This document shows positions 1-9,485 of a DNA stretch of 64,000 nt, one piece after another. Under the pieces are notes generated by a model, which was not told where the DNA came from, did not search any database, and saw only the letters and a list, made by a program, of their open reading frames with translations. The first letter of the stretch is position 1; every line of letters starts with the position of its first letter. The stretch is from Candidatus Sericytochromatia bacterium (lineage in GTDB: Bacteria; Cyanobacteriota; Sericytochromatia; S15B-MN24; UBA4093), in NCBI GenBank assembly GCA_036676985.1, contig JAKFBU010000027.1, positions 1-64,000 of the forward strand. Reading direction: 5' to 3'. The position numbers were made by a program, and so were the translations under genes.

Positions 1-918
1 CGCCATCTCCTCCATGGAGCTCGAGGTCTCCTCGGAAGCCGCCGCCTGGGCCTGGGCCGACTGGGAGAGCTGCTCGGTGCCCGCGCTGATCTGGTCGGCG
101 CCCGCGGCGACGCTGGAGGCCGCGTCGCGTACCTGGCCGATGATCCGGCGCAGGTTCTCGATCATCGAGGTGAAGCTCTTGGCCATGTCACCCAGTTCAT
201 CGTTGGTCGTGACGGCAACCCGCTGGTCCAGGTCGCCCTGCGCGATGCCTTCCGCCGCCTTGGCGATCGCCGCGACGTTGCGCGTGATCTGGCGAGCGAT
301 GAATATGCCGATTCCGAGGGCGACCAGGACGACCAACACGATGACGGCGATGGTGATGCCCAGGGCCACGCCGAAGTCGCTGGCGGCACGCTTGACGGCC
401 GCGGAACCGCCGGTCAGGTTCATCTCTAGCAGGGCTTCGACCTTTTCGTTCAGACGATTGAAGGCCGGGTAGGTCTCCGCCACCATTTCACGATAGGCGC
501 CCGCCTTGTTGCCGGCACGGCTGAGCTTGAGGTCTTTCGCCACGCTGGCCTTGAACGCTTCGTAGGTCGACTGGATCTCGTTGAAGAGCACCCGTTCGTC
601 ATCGTGCACGATGGTCGGTTCGTACAGGGCGAGGTTCGCCTCGAACTTCTCCTGGAACTTCTGAAGCCGCGACTCGACCCCGGCGATCTCCTGCGGGTCG
701 GTTTCGATCAGGTGGCGCAGCATCGAGCGTTGCATGTCGGGGGCGGCCGCGCGCAGATGCCCCACGTACGACGTGGCCACCAGCCAGTTTTCACCGATTT
801 CCTTGGTGGCGCCGTTGACCTTTTGGAGTTGCAGAATCGAGAAGAGGCCCATGAACAGAGCGAGCATGGCCACGGCCATGAATCCACCGATGAGCTTTTG
901 TCCTACCGTGATGCGCAT
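1..918 (-). CDS. Methyl-accepting chemotaxis protein, N-terminal part (runs off the window start)
   Basis: Not in the ORF track. Read manually from ATG 918 after GGAGG: MRITVGQKLIGGF-TM-four-helix sensor-TM-HAMP (IAQGDLDQRV..DELGDMAKSF), then the start of the signalling domain (QAAASEETSSSMEEM). Confidence 0.92.
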   Translation of the reverse strand, partial: MRITVGQKLIGGFMAVAMLALFMGLFSILQLQKVNGATKEIGENWLVATSYVGHLRAAAPDMQRSMLRHLIETDPQEIAGVESRLQKFQEKFEANLALYEPTIVHDDERVLFNEIQSTYEAFKASVAKDLKLSRAGNKAGAYREMVAETYPAFNRLNEKVEALLEMNLTGGSAAVKRAASDFGVALGITIAVIVLVVLVALGIGIFIARQITRNVAAIAKAAEGIAQGDLDQRVAVTTNDELGDMAKSFTSMIENLRRIIGQVRDAASSVAAGADQISAGTEQLSQSAQAQAAASEETSSSMEEMA

Positions 919-1235
919 TCGTCCTCCCAGACAAAAATTGGACCAGTTGACGCTGACTATGGATGGGTCGTGGTTTTCCGTCATGACGACGCGGAGTTTT
1001 TAGACACAAGTAGTAAGTACCTAAAAATTAGCGACAGCTAATGGGACGATTGTCCTGAATCCCGCGGAATTTGGTGATGATTTTGTGAGGATTGACCATG
1101 TTTCAAGACATTTTGATCTATTACGCATCTGTTTACGTTTCTACCAAATAATTGTCGCGATTAAGTCATGATAGTTTGTTGTGGTTCCTGGCGGTCGATC
1201 GCCTGACAAGGGCACTCGAGATAGTAATGGGACGG

Positions 1236-1253
1236 TTAAGTAAGATGTAAGAA
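1236..1253 (+). promoter_or_regulatory. TTAA-N8-TAAGAA motif, copy 1 (upstream of the coiled-coil orphan)
   Basis: ttaa gtaagatg taagaa; same spacing at 3121 (+) and 12554 (-). Confidence 0.5.
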
Positions 1254-1335
1254 TGAGTTAATCCTGACAAGCAACCGGGTCCTCCGTTGGATAAGCCCCA
1301 TGTCGTAACGGTCTTTGAACAGAAGTGAGGGTGCC

Positions 1336-3069
1336 ATGGCAATCAACGGGATCAACCGTCCGGTCGCAACGACTCGCCCTGCCCAGTCAGCCCCCATGGC
1401 GCAGGCCGCCGCGACGCCGCCGCGCCCGGAGTCCGGACGCGTCGCCGCCAAGACCACCACCGCACCGAAGGACCCCTTTGCCTCCGTCGAGACCTACGTT
1501 CAGGCCGTCGAGGCGACGGAGCAGAGCATCAAGCAGGCCAAGTCCAACAAGGCTGCCGCCGAGAGCCAGCGAGCCCAGGTCGATCAGCAGACGCAGCAGA
1601 AGTTGACGGAAGCCCTCTCTTCGCGCGACGGCAAGCATGCAGAGGCCCTCAAGCCCCTGAACGCCGCCAAGGGAGCTCTCGAGGCAAAGCGCAAGGAGCT
1701 CCAGGCCCCCATCGACGATACGCAGGGCCGCCTCACGCAGGCCCGCTGGGATCTCGAGATCGCGACCCATCCCAACAAGGTCGAGCATGACAAGGCGCGC
1801 TCGGATGCCCATACGGAAGTCGGCCATCGCGAGCAGGCTCTGAATGAGGCCCAGCGCTACCTGAACGAGGTCGACGCGGCCCTCGATCATGCCCGGCGCA
1901 GCCTGGCCACCAACCGCAGTGGGTTGGACCAGACCCGCGCGGATCTGAGCAACACCAACTCCCGCCTCGGCTCCACCCAGTCCAGCCTCAGTTCGGCCCG
2001 CTGGAGTGCCCCGAGCCAGTACGACCTGGATCAGGCCTCCCGCCGGGTCAACGCCGCCGATCAGGAATACCGATATGCCGACAGCGAGGTCGACAGCGCC
2101 ACCCGGGAGGTGCGCAGCCGCCGCTCCGAGCTCGAGCGTCTGCTGTCGGAGAACGACCGCCCGACTCCGCCCTCGGTGACGGATCGTCCGACGCCGCCCT
2201 CGACCGGCGATCGCCCCACCCCACCGTCTGCCGGCGGCCGCCCGACCCCCCCGGGCACCTCCGATCGTCCCACCCCTCCCTCGACCGGTCGCCCCACGCC
2301 GCCCTCCATCGATCCGCCGCACTCGTCCTCCGAGATCAGCCAGGCGCGGACGGCCCTCGGGGAGGCGGAACGCCGGCTCGATCGGGCCGAGGATCGCCTG
2401 TCGGCCGCCCGTAGCGAGCTCGAATCCGCGCGCCGCAGTTACAACGACAAGCGGGCCCGCTTCGATCATGTCGTCGAGCTCGAGGCCGCCGTGCGTTCGC
2501 TCGAGTCGGAGGTCCGGACCTTGAGCCAGAACATCCGGACCTTCGAGCAGAACATCCAGACCATCAGCCGAGACATCGGTGACCTGGAGGGCGATCGCCC
2601 AGGTGCCGTCCAGGGCCGCGACCAGGCCACTGCGAACCTTCAGGCCGCCAAGGCCGAGGCTGCCCGTCTCGATGCGACCCCCTATCAGAACGGCGAACCG
2701 GCAAAGATCAAGACGGCCCAGGGCAAGGTCGACAAGCTCGAGCAGACCCTCAAGGGCCATCAGACGGCCTACACCGAGGGCCTCAAGGCCCCGACTCAGC
2801 GCGTGGCCACCGAGCAGACCACCTACGATCAGACCATGGCGCCCTTCCGCCAGGCCGTCACCGACGCGGACAAGGCCCGTGACGAGGCCCTGAAGTCGGC
2901 GGATCTATCGGTGTCGGGAGCCACTCGACAGCTCCAGTCCGCCAACCAGGAGCTCGAGAAGCTGAAGGACGTGCCCGGCACCAAGAAGCTGAAGTGGAAG
3001 ATGCCCAAGTGGATGGGCGGATCCAGCTTCAATGTCGACGACTTCTGGGCCAAGCGCCCGGCGGTCTGA
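1336..3069 (+). CDS. Hypothetical long coiled-coil protein with a central Pro-rich repeat
   Basis: ATG 1336 after GAGGG; strong codon bias; heptad-rich arms flanking (D/G)RPTPP repeats; followed by a terminator. Confidence 0.85.
   Translation: MAINGINRPVATTRPAQSAPMAQAAATPPRPESGRVAAKTTTAPKDPFASVETYVQAVEATEQSIKQAKSNKAAAESQRAQVDQQTQQKLTEALSSRDGKHAEALKPLNAAKGALEAKRKELQAPIDDTQGRLTQARWDLEIATHPNKVEHDKARSDAHTEVGHREQALNEAQRYLNEVDAALDHARRSLATNRSGLDQTRADLSNTNSRLGSTQSSLSSARWSAPSQYDLDQASRRVNAADQEYRYADSEVDSATREVRSRRSELERLLSENDRPTPPSVTDRPTPPSTGDRPTPPSAGGRPTPPGTSDRPTPPSTGRPTPPSIDPPHSSSEISQARTALGEAERRLDRAEDRLSAARSELESARRSYNDKRARFDHVVELEAAVRSLESEVRTLSQNIRTFEQNIQTISRDIGDLEGDRPGAVQGRDQATANLQAAKAEAARLDATPYQNGEPAKIKTAQGKVDKLEQTLKGHQTAYTEGLKAPTQRVATEQTTYDQTMAPFRQAVTDADKARDEALKSADLSVSGATRQLQSANQELEKLKDVPGTKKLKWKMPKWMGGSSFNVDDFWAKRPAV
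2155..2306 (+). repeat. Six tandem (D/G)RPTPP(S/G) peptide repeats, unit 27-30 nt
   Basis: DRPTPPSVT DRPTPPSTG DRPTPPSAG GRPTPPGTS DRPTPPST GRPTPPS; codons differ between units. Confidence 0.9.
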
Positions 3070-3079
3070 TCCGAGGGAA

Positions 3080-3112
3080 GAGGGACGGCAAACGCCGTCC
3101 CTCGATTCTTTT
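3080..3112 (+). terminator. Intrinsic terminator
   Basis: gagggacggc-aaac-gccgtccctc followed by gattctttt. Confidence 0.75.
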
Positions 3113-3120
3113 AGGCGAGC

Positions 3121-3138
3121 TTAAACCCGGCATAAGAA
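3121..3138 (+). promoter_or_regulatory. TTAA-N8-TAAGAA motif, copy 2
   Basis: ttaa acccggca taagaa, about 60 nt upstream of ATG 3199. Confidence 0.55.
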
Positions 3139-3198
3139 AGTCTGCCCCCCGTCACCTGATAACACCCTAGGTTGTTAAGTGGGTGTTAGGAGTGGGTC

Positions 3199-3774
3199 AT
3201 GTCCCTGACGAGTGCAGTCACCAACGCGACGAAGACGGCGGTGCGGGGCCGCGTGGAGGCCCAGGCGAGCCGGGTGGCGACGCTCGGGGACGAGATCGTC
3301 AAGGCGGGACGGGCGACGCTCGGCCAGGATTCCCTGGTCGTCAGCAAGGCAGCCCAGAAAGCGACCCGTAAGACGGTGAAGGCCGCGAACGGTTCCTTTC
3401 ACCTCTCCACCATCGACCTCAACCGGGAGCTCGGCGCAGCGCGCGAGGCGCTGGCCTTCAAGCGCCTGCGGAGGGAATTCCCCAAGGCCGAAGGTTTCGT
3501 CATCGTCCCGCAGCCCTACTTGCGAGACGCCAAGGGCAACATCCTCAAGGACGCGGTGACCGATGAGGCGCGCCGGATCGATTTCGTGGTCCTGCGCAAG
3601 AAGAGCGTGGTGCAGTCGTTCGAGGTCACGTCCATGACCGCGCCCAAGCTCGAGCAGATCGCCAAGGAGACCCGCATCCGTCTGGATGGCGGGAACTACA
3701 TCCTCAACCCCGCGACCCAGGAACTGGCTTACTTCCCGAAGAAGGTCGAGACCGAGGTCTGGCGTTTCGAGTAA
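3199..3774 (+). CDS. Hypothetical protein with a C-terminal PD-(D/E)XK (restriction-endonuclease-fold) toxin-like domain
   Basis: AGGAG RBS; low-complexity Ala/Thr/Lys N-terminus; GAAREA..YLRDAKG..RRIDFVV..SFEVTS..EQIAKE pattern. Confidence 0.6.
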   Translation: MSLTSAVTNATKTAVRGRVEAQASRVATLGDEIVKAGRATLGQDSLVVSKAAQKATRKTVKAANGSFHLSTIDLNRELGAAREALAFKRLRREFPKAEGFVIVPQPYLRDAKGNILKDAVTDEARRIDFVVLRKKSVVQSFEVTSMTAPKLEQIAKETRIRLDGGNYILNPATQELAYFPKKVETEVWRFE

Positions 3775-3820
3775 GCGCTGGGCGCTTTCGAGCGCCACTC
3801 GATCCGCTCGCCATACCAAT

Positions 3821-3860
3821 AAGGAACCGTTCACCTTTCGACCTAGCTCAAGACGAACGG
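3821..3860 (-). repeat. Short palindromic REP-like element, copy 1
   Basis: Minus strand reads ccgttcgtcttgagctaggtcgaaaggtgaacggttcctt; related to 9397-9459; lies between convergent genes. Confidence 0.6.
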
Positions 3861-3870
3861 ACTCCTCTAC

Positions 3871-4752
3871 CTAGGATGGCTGGGGCGCCCCGTTAAGCCG
3901 CGTGACCACGTACTTCCCGAACACCTTCCGGTCCTTCATCAGCCCCAGATAGTCGTTCCACCCGGTCTTCTCGGCCTTCGTGAACTCGTAGGGCTTGAAC
4001 AGCGGTGCCTGGTTGTACCATGTCAGGCGCAGCCCGTTTTTCAGGAACATGAACGGTGTCCGCCCGTCGAACCGCAGGTTGGACTTCAAGTGGGTCGGCA
4101 AGTTCCCCGACACCGCCGCGAAGCTCTCGGTGATGAGGGCAAGCCCCCCCGGCGCCAGCATGCCGCTCCACTCGCGGATCGCCTTCTCGGGATCCGTGAG
4201 GTGCTCAAGGACCTCGAAGGACAGGAGTACGTCGTACTGCCGCTTGAGACACTCCTCGTAGTCCGTCACCAGGTGAATGCTCTTTCCGAGCTGACCGTAG
4301 TGCTCGAAGCGCTTGGACGCAAACTCGTAGGTCCTGCTCCCCGGGATGTCGAAGTAATCGATGTTCAGCCCGTTGGAGGCCAGGTACAGCGAGTCGTTGC
4401 CCGAGCCGTCGCCGAAGATCAGGAGGCGCAAATCGCCGATGGCGCGCCCCGTCCGCTCGGCATGGAGCTGGATCCGGCCGAGCGCCTGAAAAATCCAGCT
4501 CATGCGCAGCGGCGACGACCAGAAGGCCATGGTCTCGAAGATGAAGCCGTCGCCTTCCTTGTACAGACGCTCCATCGCCTCGTCGAACTGGTGCGGCGTG
4601 ATGCCCGCCTGCTTGCCCTGCTGCACGACGTTGTAGCCGCTCATGAGGGCCTCGAGCCAGAGGCGCTTCTCCACGTCTTCGCGCGGCAGGTCTGTGAACC
4701 GCTGGATCTCGTCGGCAATCTCGGCAAATCCCAGGGGCAGGTTGATGGTCAT
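3871..4752 (-). CDS. Class I SAM-dependent methyltransferase
   Basis: LIFGDGSG motif I variant; YDVLLSFEVLEHL; LAPGG. Confidence 0.8.
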   Translation of the reverse strand: MTINLPLGFAEIADEIQRFTDLPREDVEKRLWLEALMSGYNVVQQGKQAGITPHQFDEAMERLYKEGDGFIFETMAFWSSPLRMSWIFQALGRIQLHAERTGRAIGDLRLLIFGDGSGNDSLYLASNGLNIDYFDIPGSRTYEFASKRFEHYGQLGKSIHLVTDYEECLKRQYDVLLSFEVLEHLTDPEKAIREWSGMLAPGGLALITESFAAVSGNLPTHLKSNLRFDGRTPFMFLKNGLRLTWYNQAPLFKPYEFTKAEKTGWNDYLGLMKDRKVFGKYVVTRLNGAPQPS

Positions 4753-4807
4753 GGGGTCATCCTCTCAAGCGCAAGGGGCTTGTACCCGGCCGGTCGTCGG
4801 GCGGCAC

Positions 4808-7800
4808 CTAACGCCGCGTGCCCATCCTCTCGTCACACCGCTCCAGGTAAACTCCCGCCACCTTGTCCTCCGGGTTCTGCGCGAGGCACGCCTCGAACCG
4901 TCTGCGCGCTTCGGCGTGTTCGCCCGTGGTGAAGAGCTCGAGGCCCTCGCCGAAGACCTGGCGCGTCGCCATCTTGCCCTCGTAGACCTCGGGCGGATCG
5001 CCGTCGAAGACCTCGTACACCGACACGGGCTGGCTCTTGCCCTTGACCGAGACCCGCTCGACGAAGCGGATGGCGAAGTCATCGGGGGCCTTCAGGCTGC
5101 CGAGGGTGTACTCGGAGATGAGCATGGGCGCGCCGTAGGACTTCGTCAGGCCCTCGAGGCGCGCGGCAAGGTTCACGGCGTCACTGATGACCGTGCCTTC
5201 CATCCGGTTCTCCTCGCCGACGGTGCCGAGCATCAGGTCGCCGGTGTTGATGCCGATGCCCACGTCGATGGGGCGGTAGCCGGCCCTCTGGCGCCCCTGG
5301 TTGTATGAGACGAGCTCCCGCTGCATGGTGATGCCCGCCCGCAACGCGTCATCTGCCGAGGTGCTGAACAGGGCCATGATGGAGTCGCCGATGAACTTGT
5401 CGATGAAGCCGTGGTGCTCCCGGATGAGCGGCCCCATGTGCTGCAGGTAGGAGTTGATGAAGTTGAAGTTCTCCTGCGGCGTCATGGACTCCGAGAGCGT
5501 GGTGAACGAGCGGATGTCCGAGAAGAGCACCGACATGTGCTTTTGCACCTGGTCACCGAGGGACACCTCGATGATGCTCTCCTTGTTCAAGAGCTGGATC
5601 AACTCGAAGGGCACGAACCGGGAGGCGGCGTGGTGGAACCTCGAGAGGTTGAGATGGGTCTTGATGCGGCTCAAGAGCTCGTGCTTGGCGATGGGCTTGG
5701 TCAGATAGTCATTGGCACCCGCATCCAAGCCCGCCACCAAGTCCGAGACCCGGTCCTTGGCCGTCAGGAGCAGGATGGGCAGCTCGCTTGCCGGATGGCG
5801 CGCCCGGATGGTCTGGCAGACCTCGTAGCCCGACATCTTGGGCATCATGACGTCCAGGAGCACGATGTCGAAGCGCTGGCCCGACTCCAGGATCTCCAGG
5901 GCCTCGAGTCCGTTCATGGCCTTGGTGACCGAGTAGCGGTTCAACGAGAGGTGGTTCACGAGCACCTGGAGGTTGACCAGCTCGTCATCGACCACCAGGA
6001 TGCGGATCGGATCGTCCGAGGCCGCGGGGACCACCGACGTCAGCACGAGCTCGCCGGTATCGTCGTTGACCCTGCTCACCGGCTGCTGCCGGTCGACCGG
6101 GACGATCGCCAGATCCGAGCTGACGGGTAGCGTGAAGTGGAAGCATGAGCCCCGGCCGACTTCCGACTCGACCCAGATCCTGCCCCCATGCAGCTCCACC
6201 AGTTGCTTGGTGATGCTGAGGCCGAGGCCGGTGCCGCCGTACTGCCGCTCGATGGAGGCGTCCACCTGCTCGAAGGACTGGAAGATGGCGTCGAACTTGT
6301 CATGGGGGATGCCGATGCCCGTGTCGTGCACCGTCACCTGTAAGCGATCGCCCGCCCGTATGGCGGAGACCCGCACCTCGCCCGACTCCGTGAACTTGAC
6401 GGCGTTGCCCACCAGGTTGTGGAGGACCTGGCTGATCCGGTCCTCGTCGCCCTCGGCGGCGGGCAGGTCTTCCGGCACGTCGGCCACCAGGACGATGGGC
6501 TTTCCGGCTGCGAGCGGGCGGGACAGCGTGAGGACCAGATCCACCAGCTGCTTGAGGTCGACGGGCTTGCGCTGCAGCTCGATGTCGCGATTCTTGAGCT
6601 TCGAGAAGTCGAGCAGGTTGTTGACGAGGCTGTTGAGGCGCTTGCCGCTCGAGACGATCATGCCGAGGTTCTGCACCGTGGGCTCCGGCAGCCGTCCGGT
6701 GGCTCCGTCCATCAGCGACTCGGCGATGCCGATGATGCCGTTGAGGGGCGTACGCAGCTCGTGGGAGGTGTTGGCGAGGAACTCGTTCTTGAGTTTGTCC
6801 AGGGACATGAGGCGCTGGGAGAGGGCCTCGATGGTGGCGAACGCCCGCGAGTAGCGCAGGGACAGCAGGAACGACTGGGAGAAGATGAAGGCGACCAGCC
6901 CGTAGGGGACGATGTACGCGCCGGGGATGACCCGGTTGACGATGAGGATGTCGTGGACCACCGTGAGGAAGAGGAGGACGAAGCCCGTCAGCGCGGCCAG
7001 GGAGCCTTCGCGCCGACGGACGACCGCGAGGGCGATCGCGGTGATGATGGCGATTCCCACGACGAGCGTGAACAGCTCGAAGGGCAGCATGGTCCGCTGG
7101 TAGATCTGAAACGGACAGGCCACGACGATGAGGGCGCAGGTGGCCGTGACGACCTGCGACGCGCGGATCAAGAGGCGGGAGGTCTCCTGGGGGAAGATCT
7201 CCCTGAGGTACATCAGGAACGTCGGGACCGCCAGGTAGAAGGTCAGGTACTCGACGCGGTTCACGATGTCCCACGGCAGGCCGGGCACCAGGTTCAGGAT
7301 GTAGTAGTCGTTGGTGAAGAGGCAGCGCACGGCCACGATGAGGCACAGGATGCCGAAGTAGAGCGGCGACTTGTCCGAGCGCCGGAGCGCGAACAGCCCC
7401 AGGTGGTAGAGGCCCATCAGGAGGATGCTGCCGAACAGGAAGAGATCCAGGGCCACGCGACCGATCTGCTCGCCATGGATCTGGCTCTCGGTGCCGAGCC
7501 GCAGGCGCCCGTGAAGGCCGCCCGGCCCCTCGTAAAAGTGCGAGGTCTGGAGGGTGATCGTGAACTCCGGCCCCGTGACCGCGAAGTAGACGGGGCGGGC
7601 GAAGTAGTGCGATCCCTCGGCGGCCGGCTTGGTTTCGAGCCGTCCGGCCGAGTAGACGAGCCGGTCGTCCACCCAGATCCGGCAGCTGGAGGGCAGGTCG
7701 ACCTTGTCGAGGGCGAGGACGCCCGTTTGCCCCTGGGTCTTTACCTTGAGGCGATAGGTCCCGTAGCCATGGGGTTCGGCCGGCATCCCGGGATGCGGCC

Positions 7801-8059
7801 AAGTCCCGGGCACTTGAACCAGTCGGGCTGGCGGCTGGGGGCGCTGGAAGTCCTCGGGGGCCAAGAAGCGCTTCCAATAGAAGCCCCACTCGCCGCCAAG
7901 GTCGATCGGTCCGTGTCGTGCGAGGTCGACGGTGCGTAGATCGAGGGTTCCACCGGTTGGTCGAACGGCTGCATGGCTCGCGCTAGCGCGCTCTCCTGCA
8001 AGTCCGAGGCTCAAGAGGGCCATGAACAGTAGGAAGAGCAGCGTCTTGGCTCGGATCAT
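4808..8059 (-). CDS. Hybrid sensor: 7TM-DISM + histidine kinase + receiver + class III adenylate/guanylate cyclase
   Basis: LGGEWGFYW sugar-binding-like domain, 7 TM, SHELRTPLNGI, NLVGNAVKFT, DTGIGI, GTGLGL, LLDVMMP, FSDIRSFT, DKFIGD, DAVNLAARLE; start chosen at ATG 8059 (GGAG upstream). Confidence 0.92.
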   Translation of the reverse strand: MIRAKTLLFLLFMALLSLGLAGERASASHAAVRPTGGTLDLRTVDLARHGPIDLGGEWGFYWKRFLAPEDFQRPQPPARLVQVPGTWPHPGMPAEPHGYGTYRLKVKTQGQTGVLALDKVDLPSSCRIWVDDRLVYSAGRLETKPAAEGSHYFARPVYFAVTGPEFTITLQTSHFYEGPGGLHGRLRLGTESQIHGEQIGRVALDLFLFGSILLMGLYHLGLFALRRSDKSPLYFGILCLIVAVRCLFTNDYYILNLVPGLPWDIVNRVEYLTFYLAVPTFLMYLREIFPQETSRLLIRASQVVTATCALIVVACPFQIYQRTMLPFELFTLVVGIAIITAIALAVVRRREGSLAALTGFVLLFLTVVHDILIVNRVIPGAYIVPYGLVAFIFSQSFLLSLRYSRAFATIEALSQRLMSLDKLKNEFLANTSHELRTPLNGIIGIAESLMDGATGRLPEPTVQNLGMIVSSGKRLNSLVNNLLDFSKLKNRDIELQRKPVDLKQLVDLVLTLSRPLAAGKPIVLVADVPEDLPAAEGDEDRISQVLHNLVGNAVKFTESGEVRVSAIRAGDRLQVTVHDTGIGIPHDKFDAIFQSFEQVDASIERQYGGTGLGLSITKQLVELHGGRIWVESEVGRGSCFHFTLPVSSDLAIVPVDRQQPVSRVNDDTGELVLTSVVPAASDDPIRILVVDDELVNLQVLVNHLSLNRYSVTKAMNGLEALEILESGQRFDIVLLDVMMPKMSGYEVCQTIRARHPASELPILLLTAKDRVSDLVAGLDAGANDYLTKPIAKHELLSRIKTHLNLSRFHHAASRFVPFELIQLLNKESIIEVSLGDQVQKHMSVLFSDIRSFTTLSESMTPQENFNFINSYLQHMGPLIREHHGFIDKFIGDSIMALFSTSADDALRAGITMQRELVSYNQGRQRAGYRPIDVGIGINTGDLMLGTVGEENRMEGTVISDAVNLAARLEGLTKSYGAPMLISEYTLGSLKAPDDFAIRFVERVSVKGKSQPVSVYEVFDGDPPEVYEGKMATRQVFGEGLELFTTGEHAEARRRFEACLAQNPEDKVAGVYLERCDERMGTRR

Positions 8060-8186
8060 GCAGCGGGGCTCCAGCGTTTGGTCGTTGATGTGGCAGGTAA
8101 ACAACGTATGTTTGCTAATTTTCTAATACCATAAAAGCCTCAGGTCTACCGGGTATAAGAGCCCAGACAAGGGAGGGTGCGCTGAC

Positions 8187-9347
8187 TTGAACATCCGGAA
8201 GGCATTGGTGGGAGGGGCCCTGTGGATCGGCCTCGCGACGGCGGCAGTGGCCCAGCCCGAGCGATCGCCCGCTGTGGTCGCCGACTCCTACGGCCTCATG
8301 ACCCCTCGTTACGTCCGTTGCCTCAGCTTCAAGGGCGCCTTCGGGGAGCTGGACCTCGAGCGCACGCGCGATCGCTTCATGCGCCTCAAGAACATCCAGG
8401 AGGTCGCATTCCGGGAGCTCGGCGGTGAGACGCTCGTCGAGGTCATCGAGAAGACCTCCGTCACGATCACCCCCAAGGTCATTCCCGTCATCTTTCCGGT
8501 CGGCCTGGAGGCCTGGGTCGAGGACTGGCGCATCGGGGACCAGTACTACGATCTCAAGGCCTTTGCCGGCTACAACTGGTCCACGCTCACGCTTTACGAC
8601 CCCGGGCAGATCACGCCCATCCAGCTCGGCGACCTGGTGCACAACTATCCCGAGGCGTCCGTGCGCTGGGGGATGCTGGTCGCGCCCTTCACGCGCTTCT
8701 ACCTGGAGGGCCGGGCCATCGATGCCACCATGCTCGGCGATGCCCAGGTCGCCGCGGCCTTCGGCCCCATGCGCGGTGTGGCCCTGACGGGCGGCACGTT
8801 CCTGCGCTACGACGACGCGGACCACCCGGACATCCCGACCGACGGCAGCCGTGCCAAGCTCTCGTGGCTCGTCGGACCACAGGCGCTCGGCAATCCGGGC
8901 GATTTTCAGCGCGTCGAGGCCTACTACCAGCACTACTGGCCGGTGGGCGATCGCGATTGCCTGGCGTTCGGGGCCCACGGCGGCCTCGGCCTGGGTGACC
9001 TGCCGCTCGCTCAGACCTTCCGGGTCGGCAGCGCGGACTACACGCGCGGCTATGCCGCCAACCGGTTCGTGGGCAACCAGTTCGTCGCCACGAGCCTCGA
9101 GTACCGGCATGTGCTCTTCTCGAACCTATGGAACAGCGGCATCAGCCTGCACGGGGCGGGCTTCATCGACGTGGGTCGCTGCTGGAATGCGGGGGGCGGC
9201 ATCCCATTCCCGCGAGACGTCCGCCCGGCGGCGGGTGTCTATGGCGGCCTGAGCCTCGGCAGCTGGTACATCGGCCGCCTGGAGGCCGCCATGGGCACCG
9301 AGGGACTGGTCGTCCATCTCGGGACAGGCCTGCCTTTTCCCTGGTGA
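8187..9347 (+). CDS. Omp85/BamA-TamA family outer membrane protein (short)
   Basis: TTG start after GGGAGGG; signal peptide; TRGY loop motif, SLEYR, FIDVG; C-terminal aromatic residue. Confidence 0.75.
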   Translation: MNIRKALVGGALWIGLATAAVAQPERSPAVVADSYGLMTPRYVRCLSFKGAFGELDLERTRDRFMRLKNIQEVAFRELGGETLVEVIEKTSVTITPKVIPVIFPVGLEAWVEDWRIGDQYYDLKAFAGYNWSTLTLYDPGQITPIQLGDLVHNYPEASVRWGMLVAPFTRFYLEGRAIDATMLGDAQVAAAFGPMRGVALTGGTFLRYDDADHPDIPTDGSRAKLSWLVGPQALGNPGDFQRVEAYYQHYWPVGDRDCLAFGAHGGLGLGDLPLAQTFRVGSADYTRGYAANRFVGNQFVATSLEYRHVLFSNLWNSGISLHGAGFIDVGRCWNAGGGIPFPRDVRPAAGVYGGLSLGSWYIGRLEAAMGTEGLVVHLGTGLPFPW

Positions 9348-9396
9348 GTCCAAGTCGAACCGCCGATTGTGGATCTCTCTTGAGCCCCACGACGAC

Positions 9397-9459
9397 CCGT
9401 TCACCTTGAGCCCGGTCGAACGCCTGTCCTGAGCCTGTCGAAGGGGCGAACGGTTCCTT
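9397..9459 (+). repeat. Short palindromic REP-like element, copy 2 (duplicated core)
   Basis: ccgttc..ttgagcccggtcgaa..ctgagcctgtcgaa..gaacggttcctt; lies between convergent genes. Confidence 0.6.
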
Positions 9460-9485
9460 TAGTGCATGAACGCCCCTAGCGCCAC

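Noticed and set aside
2155-2306. Periodic repeat as a possible CRISPR array
   Set aside because: In-frame coding repeat with degenerate codons, no spacers and no cas genes
3199-4752. Nuclease plus methyltransferase as a restriction-modification pair
   Set aside because: The methyltransferase lacks DNA MTase motifs (DPPY/NPPY or PC) and resembles small-molecule or glycan methyltransferases
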